This document shows positions 32,508 to 42,154 of a DNA stretch of 64,000 nt, one piece after another (the first letter of the stretch is position 1; every line of letters begins with the position of its first letter). Origin of the DNA: a virus; the IMG/VR virus record IMGVR_UViG_3300008267_005791, positions 7,159 to 71,158 of that record. One strand, given 5' to 3'. The position numbers were made by a program, and so were the translations under genes. The notes beneath the pieces are model-generated. The model was not told where the DNA came from. It worked only from the letters and a program-made list of their open reading frames with translations, and searched no databases.

Positions 32508-32525
32508 TTTTATTCTTTTAGTAGA

Positions 32526-32554
32526 AATATAACATATTTTATAATATTTATCAA
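32526..32554 (-). promoter_or_regulatory. Sigma70-type promoter for SNF2 helicase
   Basis: Minus strand TTGATA-N17-TATATT with extended -10 TG. Confidence 0.55.
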
Positions 32555-32557
32555 GAT

Positions 32558-32890
32558 ATGGGAATGAAACAAGAGACATTAGAAAAATTAATAGATAAAA
32601 TGATAAAACACGTTAAACCTAATGGTGTGTCTGAACTTATTTATACATTAAAACCTAGTGACGATACTAATGAAGAATATTATATGAAGGTAACATATAT
32701 TGTCCCTGATGATAGTAAATATCTTTATAAAGTGTCATATCAGGGTCGTGAAATTCTTATAGATTACAGAAGTAAATGGAATTATGAAATACAAAAGACC
32801 ATAAAAGATTATTTTGGTATCAATGTTATAATCAATAATTCAGGTACTCGCTCGGAATCAGAATATAAAAGACAAAAACAATATGACTAA
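32558..32890 (+). CDS. Hypothetical protein
   Basis: 110-aa ORF preceded by TATTTAT; overlaps the next gene. Confidence 0.6.
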   Translation: MGMKQETLEKLIDKMIKHVKPNGVSELIYTLKPSDDTNEEYYMKVTYIVPDDSKYLYKVSYQGREILIDYRSKWNYEIQKTIKDYFGINVIINNSGTRSESEYKRQKQYD

Positions 32891-33395
32891 TAAAGTACCA
32901 ATAACAAGAATAGGTAAGTTTTTCGGAGCCGAAGATTTCAAATTAGAACAAGATTTTGGAACTGAATGGTTACACGGAGATATGAACTTTACGTTAGTTC
33001 TATATCGTGTTGATAGATATAAAACCAAGACCGATGATGTCTATGGTGAGACCGTATCTGATGGTGTTAAATTCTTACCCCCGGTTGAGTTCAAAGGATA
33101 TGTTCAAATTTTACCTCCGGAGAATAAATTTGTTGGGACATCAAGAATTGACCAATTTGAACCAGGTAATCTTAAAGTGTCGGTATATCAAAGAGATTTG
33201 GATGAATTGGAAATTGATATTAGTTTTGGTGATTACATCGGATACTATGAAACGGAAGATAAAGTAAGATACTATACGGTGAATAATGATGGAAGGGTGA
33301 CTTCTGATAATAAACACACAATAGGGGGGTATAAACCTTTTTATCGTAGTATTATTGCTTCACCGGTAATGAATAATGAATTTAGAGGTCTATAA
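32883..33395 (+). CDS. Head closure/neck protein (T4 gp14-like)
   Basis: LYRVD...DDVYGE...F..PVE and GDYI motifs; structural context. Confidence 0.6.
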   Translation: MTNKVPITRIGKFFGAEDFKLEQDFGTEWLHGDMNFTLVLYRVDRYKTKTDDVYGETVSDGVKFLPPVEFKGYVQILPPENKFVGTSRIDQFEPGNLKVSVYQRDLDELEIDISFGDYIGYYETEDKVRYYTVNNDGRVTSDNKHTIGGYKPFYRSIIASPVMNNEFRGL

Positions 33396-33784
33396 TGAAA
33401 ATATTAATAACAGAAAATAAATTATATAGAACAATATATAATTATCTTGAAGATACTTTTGATGTAAGTAACATAGATTATTTCCATCCAACCACATGGA
33501 ATGATGATGAATATGATGATGAGGAAAACCCATATATACGAGAGTATTTTTACCATATATATGAAGGTGATTACGACCAAGATGGTGTTGCTTTTGTATA
33601 TATTCAAAAGGAATATTATAGTGATGAACCTTCAAGTAAATCTTTTAGGGAAAAGACACCAATATTAATTGTTAATGATTATGAAAAATTAACCAATATG
33701 TTTGGAAGTTATTGGATAGAACCTATGAAAGAGTGGTTTAAAGATAACTTTGAGCTACCAGTAAAAACAATCGTAGCCGACTAA
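33395..33784 (+). CDS. Hypothetical acidic protein with MKILITE leader (paralog A)
   Basis: TAATG stop/start coupling; paralogous to the next ORF. Confidence 0.75.
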   Translation: MKILITENKLYRTIYNYLEDTFDVSNIDYFHPTTWNDDEYDDEENPYIREYFYHIYEGDYDQDGVAFVYIQKEYYSDEPSSKSFREKTPILIVNDYEKLTNMFGSYWIEPMKEWFKDNFELPVKTIVAD

Positions 33785-34188
33785 TGAAAATATTAATAAC
33801 AGAAAGTAAATTATTTGATTCAATATATAAGTATATTGATGGTTATTTAGACTCAAATGAAATTGATTGGGTTTATGGTTCAATTTACGATTCGAAAAAT
33901 TGGCGGGAAAATCCGGAAGATGAAAACCTTTTACATTTTTATAAAGGTGGTACTTGGGCTGGTGAAGATTATTCTGATATTGTATTTAATCATCTTAATG
34001 TTGATTACTATAGCAATGAACCATCAAGTAAATCATTTAAAGACAGGGCACCGATTGTAGAGGTAATGGGTGAATATGGTGAACATTTAGACACTATGTT
34101 TGGGAGTAATTGGTACGAACCTATGAAAAAATGGGTTCAAGATAAATTTAATTTACCGGTTAAATCGGTATCAGCATATTACGAATAA
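33784..34188 (+). CDS. Hypothetical acidic protein with MKILITE leader (paralog B)
   Basis: Shares YYS.EPSSKSF, MFGS.W.EPMK.W..D.F.LPVK with the preceding ORF. Confidence 0.75.
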   Translation: MKILITESKLFDSIYKYIDGYLDSNEIDWVYGSIYDSKNWRENPEDENLLHFYKGGTWAGEDYSDIVFNHLNVDYYSNEPSSKSFKDRAPIVEVMGEYGEHLDTMFGSNWYEPMKKWVQDKFNLPVKSVSAYYE

Positions 34189-34622
34189 TGAAAATATTAA
34201 TAACAGAATCTCAAGCAAAAAGATTATTTGAAATTTATTCAGATAACGATTATATCGGTAAAAAAGTTATGGTGTATTATAACTTACACAAACACACTTT
34301 TTCGGTAACATACAAGGGTAGATTAATTTCACACTCCGATTATGTTAAATTAGAAGATGTCGAATTTAGAGTTAGACAAGGCGGTAGAGAAAGAGTGGTT
34401 AGAGAAAAAAGTAAAAATGTACATTCATTTGTTATTGGAACTTTAATGGATTATTGTGAGTTCCCTTGTGAGAATTTACCAGAAGAACCTAACAATAATA
34501 TTGTCACCTACAACCCATACAAGTATAATTCTTATGTTATGAAAGACACCGAAGAACCTATATTTCACGCCAATGAAGTGGAGATGATTAATTTAAAAAA
34601 TAAAATTTTTATAACAAAATAA
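34188..34622 (+). CDS. Conserved phage hypothetical protein with MKILITE leader
   Basis: VYYNLHK..FSV, F.V...GRERV.REK.KNVHSFV.G and VTYNPYK, a motif set I recall from phage hypotheticals. Confidence 0.7.
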   Translation: MKILITESQAKRLFEIYSDNDYIGKKVMVYYNLHKHTFSVTYKGRLISHSDYVKLEDVEFRVRQGGRERVVREKSKNVHSFVIGTLMDYCEFPCENLPEEPNNNIVTYNPYKYNSYVMKDTEEPIFHANEVEMINLKNKIFITK

Positions 34623-34624
34623 AG

Positions 34625-35662
34625 ATGCCATTACCAAACAAAATAAAAAAACATATTCCGTTAACATCCTCAAAAACTCTTCTACCAAGAAGAGAAGAAC
34701 TTTTGGATAAAATTAATAAAGACGGAACTTTCCTACCAAAATCAATTTTACATGCGGATTTGGATAGGGGGTTTTTGGATTTTGTTAAAAATGATTTAAA
34801 AACCGTTGTTGAGGGTAAAACTATATCAATGGTTGATATTTTGGTTACAACACAAAATTGGTCACAATTCACAGAAACTTGGAATTTACAAAATATAGAT
34901 AAAAATGTTGAGACCCCATTTATAACCGTGGTTAGAGTACCTGAAGTTAAATATGGTACAAATCCCGCAATAGTTTATAACATACCAAACAGAAAACAAT
35001 TCTTTTATGCTCAAGTACCAACTTGGGACGGACAAAGACACGGGTCAGATGTATATAAAATACCTCAACCAGTCCCTGTTGATATTTCATTTGTTGTAAA
35101 AATAATTTGTAATAGAATGAGGGAATTAAACGAGTTTAATAAAAATGTACTTGAGAAGTTTGCATCAAAACAAGCTTATACCTCAATCAAAGGACATTAC
35201 ATTCCAATCGTTATGGGGAACATAACTGATGAGTCTGTTATGGAACTTGAAAAAAGAAAATACTATATCCAAAGTTATGAATTTACATTACTTGGTTTTT
35301 TAATTGATGAAAATGAATTTGAAGTTTCTCCGGCAATTAATAGAATATTACAAGTCACAGAAATTGATACAAAAACAACAAAAAAACAAAAAAAAATAAA
35401 TTCAAACGCAAGTAATACAACTTTAAATGTTTTATTTACTGAAAATAATAATATTATTTCACAACTTTTTGACTACACTGCAGATTTAAATTTAGGTAAA
35501 TCAATTAACATTGATTCGTTTGATATATTCATTAATAACGAATATTATGGGTCTGATTTATCTCAAATACAAATCAACACAAACGATGTTTTAAAAATTG
35601 TTGTTGTCAAAAAAGACGACACTAAAGAGGGGTCAATTACACTAGAAAACCACTTAATTTAG
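34625..35662 (+). CDS. Tail terminator/sheath stabilizer (T4 gp15-like)
   Basis: PFITVVR and PQPVPVDISF motifs; position immediately upstream of the sheath gene. Confidence 0.6.
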   Translation: MPLPNKIKKHIPLTSSKTLLPRREELLDKINKDGTFLPKSILHADLDRGFLDFVKNDLKTVVEGKTISMVDILVTTQNWSQFTETWNLQNIDKNVETPFITVVRVPEVKYGTNPAIVYNIPNRKQFFYAQVPTWDGQRHGSDVYKIPQPVPVDISFVVKIICNRMRELNEFNKNVLEKFASKQAYTSIKGHYIPIVMGNITDESVMELEKRKYYIQSYEFTLLGFLIDENEFEVSPAINRILQVTEIDTKTTKKQKKINSNASNTTLNVLFTENNNIISQLFDYTADLNLGKSINIDSFDIFINNEYYGSDLSQIQINTNDVLKIVVVKKDDTKEGSITLENHLI

Positions 35663-35823
35663 TGTTCACCATAGATATCCTTTTTCGGTGAACATTTTTC
35701 AACAATTAATCTTTCTAAAAAACGATACATTTTAATACCATTTTTTTCACAATAAGTTTTAAGTATTTCGTGGGTTTCCACGGATATTTTTAAATTTTTA
35801 ATCTTTTTAATGTCTTTATCCAT
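35659..35823 (-). CDS. Small ribbon-helix-helix DNA-binding protein (54 aa)
   Basis: IKNLKISVETHEILKTYCEKNGIKMYRFLERLI fits the RHH pattern. ATG at 35823, with TATTTATA upstream on the minus strand. Confidence 0.7.
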   Translation of the reverse strand: MDKDIKKIKNLKISVETHEILKTYCEKNGIKMYRFLERLIVEKCSPKKDIYGEH

Positions 35824-35948
35824 AGGTAGAAAAAAGGTAGAAAAAAGTCTACCTAAAATATAAATAGTTCGCACAAAGTAAAGTCTTTTGTTTTTTTTCA
35901 GAATATTTATCAATAAAAATAAATTAATAAATAAAAACAACAAAAAAA

Positions 35949-38900
35949 ATGGCATCAAACAGTAAAGTATTCGTATCTCCTGGAGTATATACTTCTGAAG
36001 TTGATTTAAGTTTCGTAGCCCAAAGTGTGGGTGTAACTACATTAGGTATTGTCGGTGAAACCTTAAAAGGTCCAGCCTTTGAACCTATTTTTATACGAAA
36101 TTTTGATGAATTCTCGGCGTATTTTGGAGGAACTTCCCCTGAAAAATTTATAAACACACAAATACCAAAATATGAGGCATCCTATATTGCTAAAGCATAT
36201 TTACAACAATCTAATCAATTATTTGTAACTAGAGTTTTAGGTCTTTCAGGATATGATGCAGGTCCGTCTTGGTCAATCACAACAAAAGGAAATGTTGACC
36301 CAACCACAATAGACTTTTATTGTGAAGTTTCATCAACGGTTGATTGTGTTGATAATTGTGATGTTTATCTAACAACATCATATACATACACTTTTTCAGG
36401 TTGTAATGATGATTTATCTTCTATTAGTGTAATAGATACAGATTTACCTAATTACTTATTAGATAGGCTAGATTTACCTTATGAATTATTTGATGGTAGT
36501 ATATCAACTCTTAGGTCAGATATTAACAATTTAATATTTAATTCTATTAGTGGACAATCAGAAAACGGTATTTCATACTTTGGTACAATACCAACAAATG
36601 TGTACACCGGATTAACCTCTTATTCACCATCAACAAACGTGTTTGGAGTTGATAATGTTAGTTCAGATTTTTCTGATTATGCTGCGGCTCAAAACGACCC
36701 TTGGTATTATTCATTGTTTGATAATATTGGAAATGGTTCTTATACGGGGTCATCTTTTTATAGTATTGTAGATTCGTTAGACCCAACATTTACCTCATCA
36801 ACCTGTTCAACATTTTTTGAATTTAGTGTTGGTGGATATGTATTGTCATTAGACAGCTTATCTTTATCAGGTGGAACGGATTATTCAGCAGGTAGTGGTA
36901 CAACAACAACAGATGGTTATGGTGTTGGATTAACCGTTAATGTAACAGTTAATTCTGGTTCAGTAACAGGGGTTACAATTAACAATCCGGGAACAGGGTA
37001 TCAAGTTGGTGATACAATTACTATAATACAAGGAGGTTCTGAAAATGACGCTCAAATTGTTATTTCGGATATTGATACAACAACAATTGGTAATATAAAT
37101 TATAATACTTATAAGATAGATGTTATTGTTCCGGTTGGAACAGATTTATCAAACATTGTTTGTGGATTTGAAACTTGTGTTCCAGAAGGGAATGTAACAA
37201 TTTCATCAACAATTCAAACAAGTGGTGAAACGGCTAACGATTTCTCTAGCGGATGTTTAGAATATAAAGTACTTTCTCAAGACGAATCAATAGAAACTAC
37301 TTGGACTGTTTGTGTTCAAACAGAAGTACCTTGTAATGTTAATGTTAGTGGAAACATTGGAACACCTAATACTGGAACAACAAAATCTTGTTATTCAGGA
37401 ACGGTTTTTGGTGAAGTATTTGTTTATACAGGAACATCATATACAGATTTTGACGATTTAGTTATTGCAACACTTCGTTCAAGAGGTATCGCAACTTACG
37501 GTAATGATAACGGAGCTGTTTATGAGGTATCAGGTTTAACAGATGTGTCAATGGATTGTACATCAATTTATTCAGGAGTAACTAAAAATCCATTCTCAAC
37601 TTTTGGATTAAATATTACAAATAAAGACGGTGAACAATATTTCTTTGAAACTTCGTTTTCTAATTCTGATTCTAAATATATTAGTAAAGTGTTTGGTTCA
37701 TCTAATTTTTCAAAATCAAGAACAACAGTTCCATTATTTGTAGAAGAAAGATTTCAAACATTATTAACATACGGATATAGAAAAGGTTACATTAGAGGTT
37801 TAAATTGTGAATTAACTGCTTTACCAAACGCAAGACAGGGTGTTGACCCAACATCTATCGCTTGGTACTTAGAAAAATATCAATCACCAACATCCCCATG
37901 GGTTGTGTCTGAATTAAGAGGTAATAAAGTTTATAACTTATTTAAATTCACAACAATTGCTGATGGTGAAACTGCTAATACAGAAGTTAAAATATCTATA
38001 GCAAATATTTCATTTAATAATGGAACATTTGATGTGTTAGTTAGAGATTTTTTCGATTCAGACAGTGCACCTGTTGTTCTTGAAAAATTCACAAATTGTA
38101 ATATGAATCCTAATGATAATTCATTTGTGGCTAAGAAAATTGGTACTATGGATGGAGAATACGAATTGAATTCTAAATATGTTATGTTAGAACTTAATGA
38201 GGATGCTCCAATAGATGCACTTCCTTGTGGATTTTTAGGGTTTAATTCTAGAGATTACTCAGGTGTTAAATCACCATTCCCTATTATAAAAACTAAATAT
38301 GATTACCCTGGTGAGGTTGTTTATAACCCCCCATTTGGATTAGGTTCGGGAGACGATGACGCAACTAGAAGTGGTGGTGATAATGTTAGAAGAACTTATC
38401 TTGGTATATCAGATAGTATTGGTATTGATGCTGATTTCTTCGGTTATAAAGGTAAACAACTTCCTTTAGACGTTTGTAATGATAGTACAGGTGATGAATG
38501 GTCAACTAGAACTAAAGGTTTCCATATGGATAAAGACGCTAATAGTATCTTAATCCCTAATACTTTTGCAACAAGTGGTACACCGGCATTCTATGTTGGG
38601 GACGCAACATTCACAAAAGACCCTGATAACGAATCAAGTCCTTATTATAGACTATTTTCTCGTAAATTCAGTTTCCTTGTTCAAGGAGGTTTTGACGGGT
38701 GGGATATCTATAGAGAACACAGAACAAATGGGGATACATTTATATTAGGTAGAAATGGTTACTTACACGGTTCTTGTCCTTCTATTAAATACCCTACAGC
38801 AACAGGTTGGGGAGCATTTAAACAAATCTCAGTTGGAGACAACACTCAAGATTATGGTAACACTGATTATTACGCATATAAATTAGGTCAACAAACTTTT

Positions 38901-39752
38901 TCTAATCCTGAGGCGGTTAACATCAATCTTTTTGTAACTCCAGGTATTGATTATCTTAACCATTCAGATTTAGTTGAAACGGCTATTGATATGATTGAGA
39001 ACGATAGAGCGGATTCGTTGTATATTACAACAACACCTGATTACAATATGTTTGTACCATCTACCGGAGACCAATTAGATTTAATTTACCCACAAGAAGC
39101 TGTAGATAATTTAGACCAAACAGGCATAGATTCAAACTATACAGCAACTTACTACCCTTGGGTATTAACGAGAGATAGTGTTAATAACACTCAAATCTAC
39201 TTACCGGCAACGGCTGAGGTTACAAGAAATTTAGCGTTAACTGATAACATTGCTTTCCCTTGGTTCGCTGCGGCGGGTTACACAAGAGGTATTGTAAATG
39301 CGATTAAAGCGAGACGTAAACTAACTCAAGAAGATAGAGATACACTTTATCAAGGTCGTATTAACCCAATTGCTACTTTCTCTGATGTTGGTACTGTAAT
39401 TTGGGGTAATAAAACTCTTCAAATAAGACAATCGGCTTTAGATAGAATTAATGTTAGAAGATTATTACTTCAAGCTCGTAAATTGATTTCTGCGGTATCT
39501 GTAAGATTATTGTTTGAACAAAACGATGCTAAAGTAAGACAAGATTTCTTGGACGCTGTTAATCCGATTTTAGATTCTATCAGAAGAGATAGAGGTTTAT
39601 ATGATTTCCGTGTAACAGTATCATCAGATGCTGCTGATTTAGACAGAAATCAAATGACAGGTAAGATTTATATCAAACCAACTAAATCATTAGAATTTAT
39701 AGATATTACATTCTATATTACTCCAACCGGAGCTTCTTTTGAGAATATATAA
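35949..39752 (+). CDS. Contractile tail sheath protein (gp18-like) with large insertions
   Basis: VSPGVYTSEVD, PWFAAAGYTRG, RINPI, WGNKTLQ, DRINVRRLL, FEQND and IKPTKSLEFI motifs. Confidence 0.95.
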   Translation: MASNSKVFVSPGVYTSEVDLSFVAQSVGVTTLGIVGETLKGPAFEPIFIRNFDEFSAYFGGTSPEKFINTQIPKYEASYIAKAYLQQSNQLFVTRVLGLSGYDAGPSWSITTKGNVDPTTIDFYCEVSSTVDCVDNCDVYLTTSYTYTFSGCNDDLSSISVIDTDLPNYLLDRLDLPYELFDGSISTLRSDINNLIFNSISGQSENGISYFGTIPTNVYTGLTSYSPSTNVFGVDNVSSDFSDYAAAQNDPWYYSLFDNIGNGSYTGSSFYSIVDSLDPTFTSSTCSTFFEFSVGGYVLSLDSLSLSGGTDYSAGSGTTTTDGYGVGLTVNVTVNSGSVTGVTINNPGTGYQVGDTITIIQGGSENDAQIVISDIDTTTIGNINYNTYKIDVIVPVGTDLSNIVCGFETCVPEGNVTISSTIQTSGETANDFSSGCLEYKVLSQDESIETTWTVCVQTEVPCNVNVSGNIGTPNTGTTKSCYSGTVFGEVFVYTGTSYTDFDDLVIATLRSRGIATYGNDNGAVYEVSGLTDVSMDCTSIYSGVTKNPFSTFGLNITNKDGEQYFFETSFSNSDSKYISKVFGSSNFSKSRTTVPLFVEERFQTLLTYGYRKGYIRGLNCELTALPNARQGVDPTSIAWYLEKYQSPTSPWVVSELRGNKVYNLFKFTTIADGETANTEVKISIANISFNNGTFDVLVRDFFDSDSAPVVLEKFTNCNMNPNDNSFVAKKIGTMDGEYELNSKYVMLELNEDAPIDALPCGFLGFNSRDYSGVKSPFPIIKTKYDYPGEVVYNPPFGLGSGDDDATRSGGDNVRRTYLGISDSIGIDADFFGYKGKQLPLDVCNDSTGDEWSTRTKGFHMDKDANSILIPNTFATSGTPAFYVGDATFTKDPDNESSPYYRLFSRKFSFLVQGGFDGWDIYREHRTNGDTFILGRNGYLHGSCPSIKYPTATGWGAFKQISVGDNTQDYGNTDYYAYKLGQQTFSNPEAVNINLFVTPGIDYLNHSDLVETAIDMIENDRADSLYITTTPDYNMFVPSTGDQLDLIYPQEAVDNLDQTGIDSNYTATYYPWVLTRDSVNNTQIYLPATAEVTRNLALTDNIAFPWFAAAGYTRGIVNAIKARRKLTQEDRDTLYQGRINPIATFSDVGTVIWGNKTLQIRQSALDRINVRRLLLQARKLISAVSVRLLFEQNDAKVRQDFLDAVNPILDSIRRDRGLYDFRVTVSSDAADLDRNQMTGKIYIKPTKSLEFIDITFYITPTGASFENI

Positions 39753-39765
39753 TTAAAATTGTTAT

Positions 39766-39792
39766 GACTGACCGGTTAATCCCGGTCGGTTG
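39766..39792 (+). terminator. GC-rich hairpin after the sheath gene (terminator or processing site)
   Basis: GACTGACCGG-TTAATC-CCGGTCGGTT; no strong U tract. Confidence 0.4.
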
Positions 39793-39814
39793 TAATATAG
39801 CCATACAAAAACAT

Positions 39815-40636
39815 ATGTTAAAAACTAAAAAATTAATAGAAGGTATTGATGAAACAGGGGCTCCTGATGAAAAATACTACGCATTTGATTGGGATGATAA
39901 TATTGTCTCAATGCCAACAAAAATAATCTTAAAAGATGAAGATGGTGATGAGGTAGGTATGTCAACTGAAGATTTTGCTGAATATAGAGAACAAATAGGT
40001 AAAGAACCATTTGAATATGATGGACATAAAATTGTTGGGTTTGCTAACGAACCATTTAGATTTTTCGGTATAAAAGGTGATAAACAATTTATTGTTGATG
40101 CTATGTTAGCTAAACCAGGACCAGCTTGGCCTGATTTTGTTGAGGCAATTAACAACGGGTCAATTTTCTCAATCGTGACAGCTAGGGGACATACTCCGTC
40201 AGTTCTAAAAGAGGGTTGTTATAACTTTATTGTTTCTAATTTTAATGGGATTGATTCAGAAGAATTAATTAAAAATTTAGAAAAATATAGAGATTTAGCT
40301 GATGAAGAAGAAATCTCTAAAAGTGAGATGATTAAAGAATATTTAAATTTATGTAAATTTTACCCGGTAACTTTTGGTGAGGGTTCTGCTGTCAACCCGG
40401 AAGAAGGTAAAATTAAAGCGTTAAAAGAATTTGTAGAATATGTTAAAAAAGTTTCTAATCATATACAGAAAAAAGCATTTTTAAAAAATAAGATAAGTAA
40501 TTATTTTATACCTAAAGTAGGATTTTCAGATGATGATGTAAAAAATGTTGATGTAGTAAAAAAACATTTTGAAAAAGAACCAGAAAACATAATTAAAACA
40601 TATTCAACAGCAGGAGGAATAAAAAAAGAATATTAA
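39815..40636 (+). CDS. HAD-superfamily phosphatase/nucleotidase-like protein
   Basis: Motif I FDWDDN, motif II VTARG, motif III K, motif IV FSDDD..N. Start moved to ATG 39815, after the hairpin. Confidence 0.7.
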   Translation: MLKTKKLIEGIDETGAPDEKYYAFDWDDNIVSMPTKIILKDEDGDEVGMSTEDFAEYREQIGKEPFEYDGHKIVGFANEPFRFFGIKGDKQFIVDAMLAKPGPAWPDFVEAINNGSIFSIVTARGHTPSVLKEGCYNFIVSNFNGIDSEELIKNLEKYRDLADEEEISKSEMIKEYLNLCKFYPVTFGEGSAVNPEEGKIKALKEFVEYVKKVSNHIQKKAFLKNKISNYFIPKVGFSDDDVKNVDVVKKHFEKEPENIIKTYSTAGGIKKEY

Positions 40637-40776
40637 ATAAAAAAACTAGTAATAAAAATCTAGTTAGTTATGCTTAATTATAATTTTTAAAGTTTTAAAA
40701 GTAAATAGAAAAAATTTTAATTGAGGATATTTATAAGAATAACAATAAAATAAAATAAAACTAAAAACAATTTAAA

Positions 40777-41265
40777 ATGGCTGATTTATTAATGAAAATG
40801 CCCATACCGTATGAACCTAAAAGACAGAATAGGTTTATTGTTCGTTTTCCATCTACTTTGGGAATTAATGAATGGTTTGTTGAAACCGCGGCTAGACCAC
40901 ATATTACAATTAACCCAACAGAAATTCCTTTTCTAAACACTTCAACATATGTTGCGGGTCGTTTTACTTGGGGAACAATTAATGTTAAATTTAGAGACCC
41001 AATTGGACCATCAGCGTCTCAAGCTCTTATGGAGTGGGTTAGATTATGTGCTGAATCTGTAACAGGTAGAATGGGATATGCTGCTGGATATAAGAAAAAC
41101 ATTGACCTTGAGATGTTAGACCCAACAGGTGTTGTTGTGGAAAAATGGATTTTAGAGGGTTCTTTCTTAAGTGATGTTAACTTTGATTCGTTAGGTTATT
41201 CAACTGACGCTCTAGCATCTATTACGGCAACAATTCGTATGGACCGTTGTATATTAGTTTACTAA
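40777..41265 (+). CDS. Tail tube protein (gp19-like)
   Basis: YEPKRQNRF, AGRFTW, YKKNI.LEMLDP.G.VVEKW motifs; 162 aa; downstream of the sheath. Confidence 0.9.
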   Translation: MADLLMKMPIPYEPKRQNRFIVRFPSTLGINEWFVETAARPHITINPTEIPFLNTSTYVAGRFTWGTINVKFRDPIGPSASQALMEWVRLCAESVTGRMGYAAGYKKNIDLEMLDPTGVVVEKWILEGSFLSDVNFDSLGYSTDALASITATIRMDRCILVY

Positions 41266-41295
41266 TTTTCAAAAAATCTATATAATTAAAATATG

Positions 41296-41336
41296 AATCC
41301 ATATGTTGTGTAAATGATGTATGGATTTTATTTTTT
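41296..41336 (+). terminator. Terminator-like hairpin after the tail tube gene
   Basis: AATCCATAT...GTATGGATT followed by a T-rich tract. Confidence 0.55.
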
Positions 41337-41398
41337 AAAATATTTAATGTTTATAAAAAAAAGATATTAACTATAATTATTTATAAACAATAAATTAT

Positions 41399-42154
41399 AT
41401 GGAACAAGATTTAATTAACGCTGCTACTGAAAATTTTTCATTACCGCACGACATAGTAATGCTACCTTCTGGTGGAGTATTTTACAAATCCAAAAAGAAA
41501 TCTATCAAAGTCGGTTATTTAACCGCTAATGATGAGAATTTTTTAATGGGGGCGTCTCAAAATAATAGTAATATTATTATGACCTTATTAAGAAATAAAA
41601 TTTATGAGCACGATTTAAAACCTGAAGAGTTATTGGATGGTGATGTTGAGGCTATTTTAATTTTCTTAAGAAACACTTCATTTGGTCCTGAATATAATGT
41701 AAATTTAGTTGACCCAAAGACATCTAAACAATTCCCGTATACAGTAATTCTTGATGAATTAAATATTAAGAAAACTAGTGTTCAACCAGATGAAAATGGA
41801 TTGTTTACAACAAAACTACCTAAAACAGGTCATACCGTAAAATTAAAACCTTTATCTTACGGAGACATTCTTAATCTCTCAACATTAGAGGAATCTTACC
41901 CGGTGGGTAGAACAGCTCCTGTTGTTACTTGGAGATTAGCTAAACAAATTGTGGAAATTGACGGTAATTCAAATCCGGGAGATATTTCATTATTTGTTGA
42001 GTCATTACCAATTATGGATTCAAAATATGTTCGTAATTTTATTAAAGAAAATCAACCATCATTAGACTTAAAACAAACAGTAAAAGCCCCTTCAGGAGAC
42101 TTGGTAACTTTCGAGATTACCTTTGGGGTGGAGTTTTTTCGGCCTTTCTTCTAA
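41399..42154 (+). CDS. Tail assembly chaperone / baseplate hub assembly protein (gp26-like)
   Basis: LPSGGVFY, LTANDE, D..AILIFLR..SFG..Y motifs and C-terminal EFFRP; lies between tube and tape measure. Confidence 0.75.
   Translation: MEQDLINAATENFSLPHDIVMLPSGGVFYKSKKKSIKVGYLTANDENFLMGASQNNSNIIMTLLRNKIYEHDLKPEELLDGDVEAILIFLRNTSFGPEYNVNLVDPKTSKQFPYTVILDELNIKKTSVQPDENGLFTTKLPKTGHTVKLKPLSYGDILNLSTLEESYPVGRTAPVVTWRLAKQIVEIDGNSNPGDISLFVESLPIMDSKYVRNFIKENQPSLDLKQTVKAPSGDLVTFEITFGVEFFRPFF

Noticed and set aside
32508-32579. Longer N-terminus for the SNF2 helicase given by the ORF track (likewise 35824-35958 for the RHH gene and 39764-39814 for the HAD gene)
   Set aside because: The extensions overlap promoter, operator or hairpin elements and neighbouring genes; downstream starts are more plausible.
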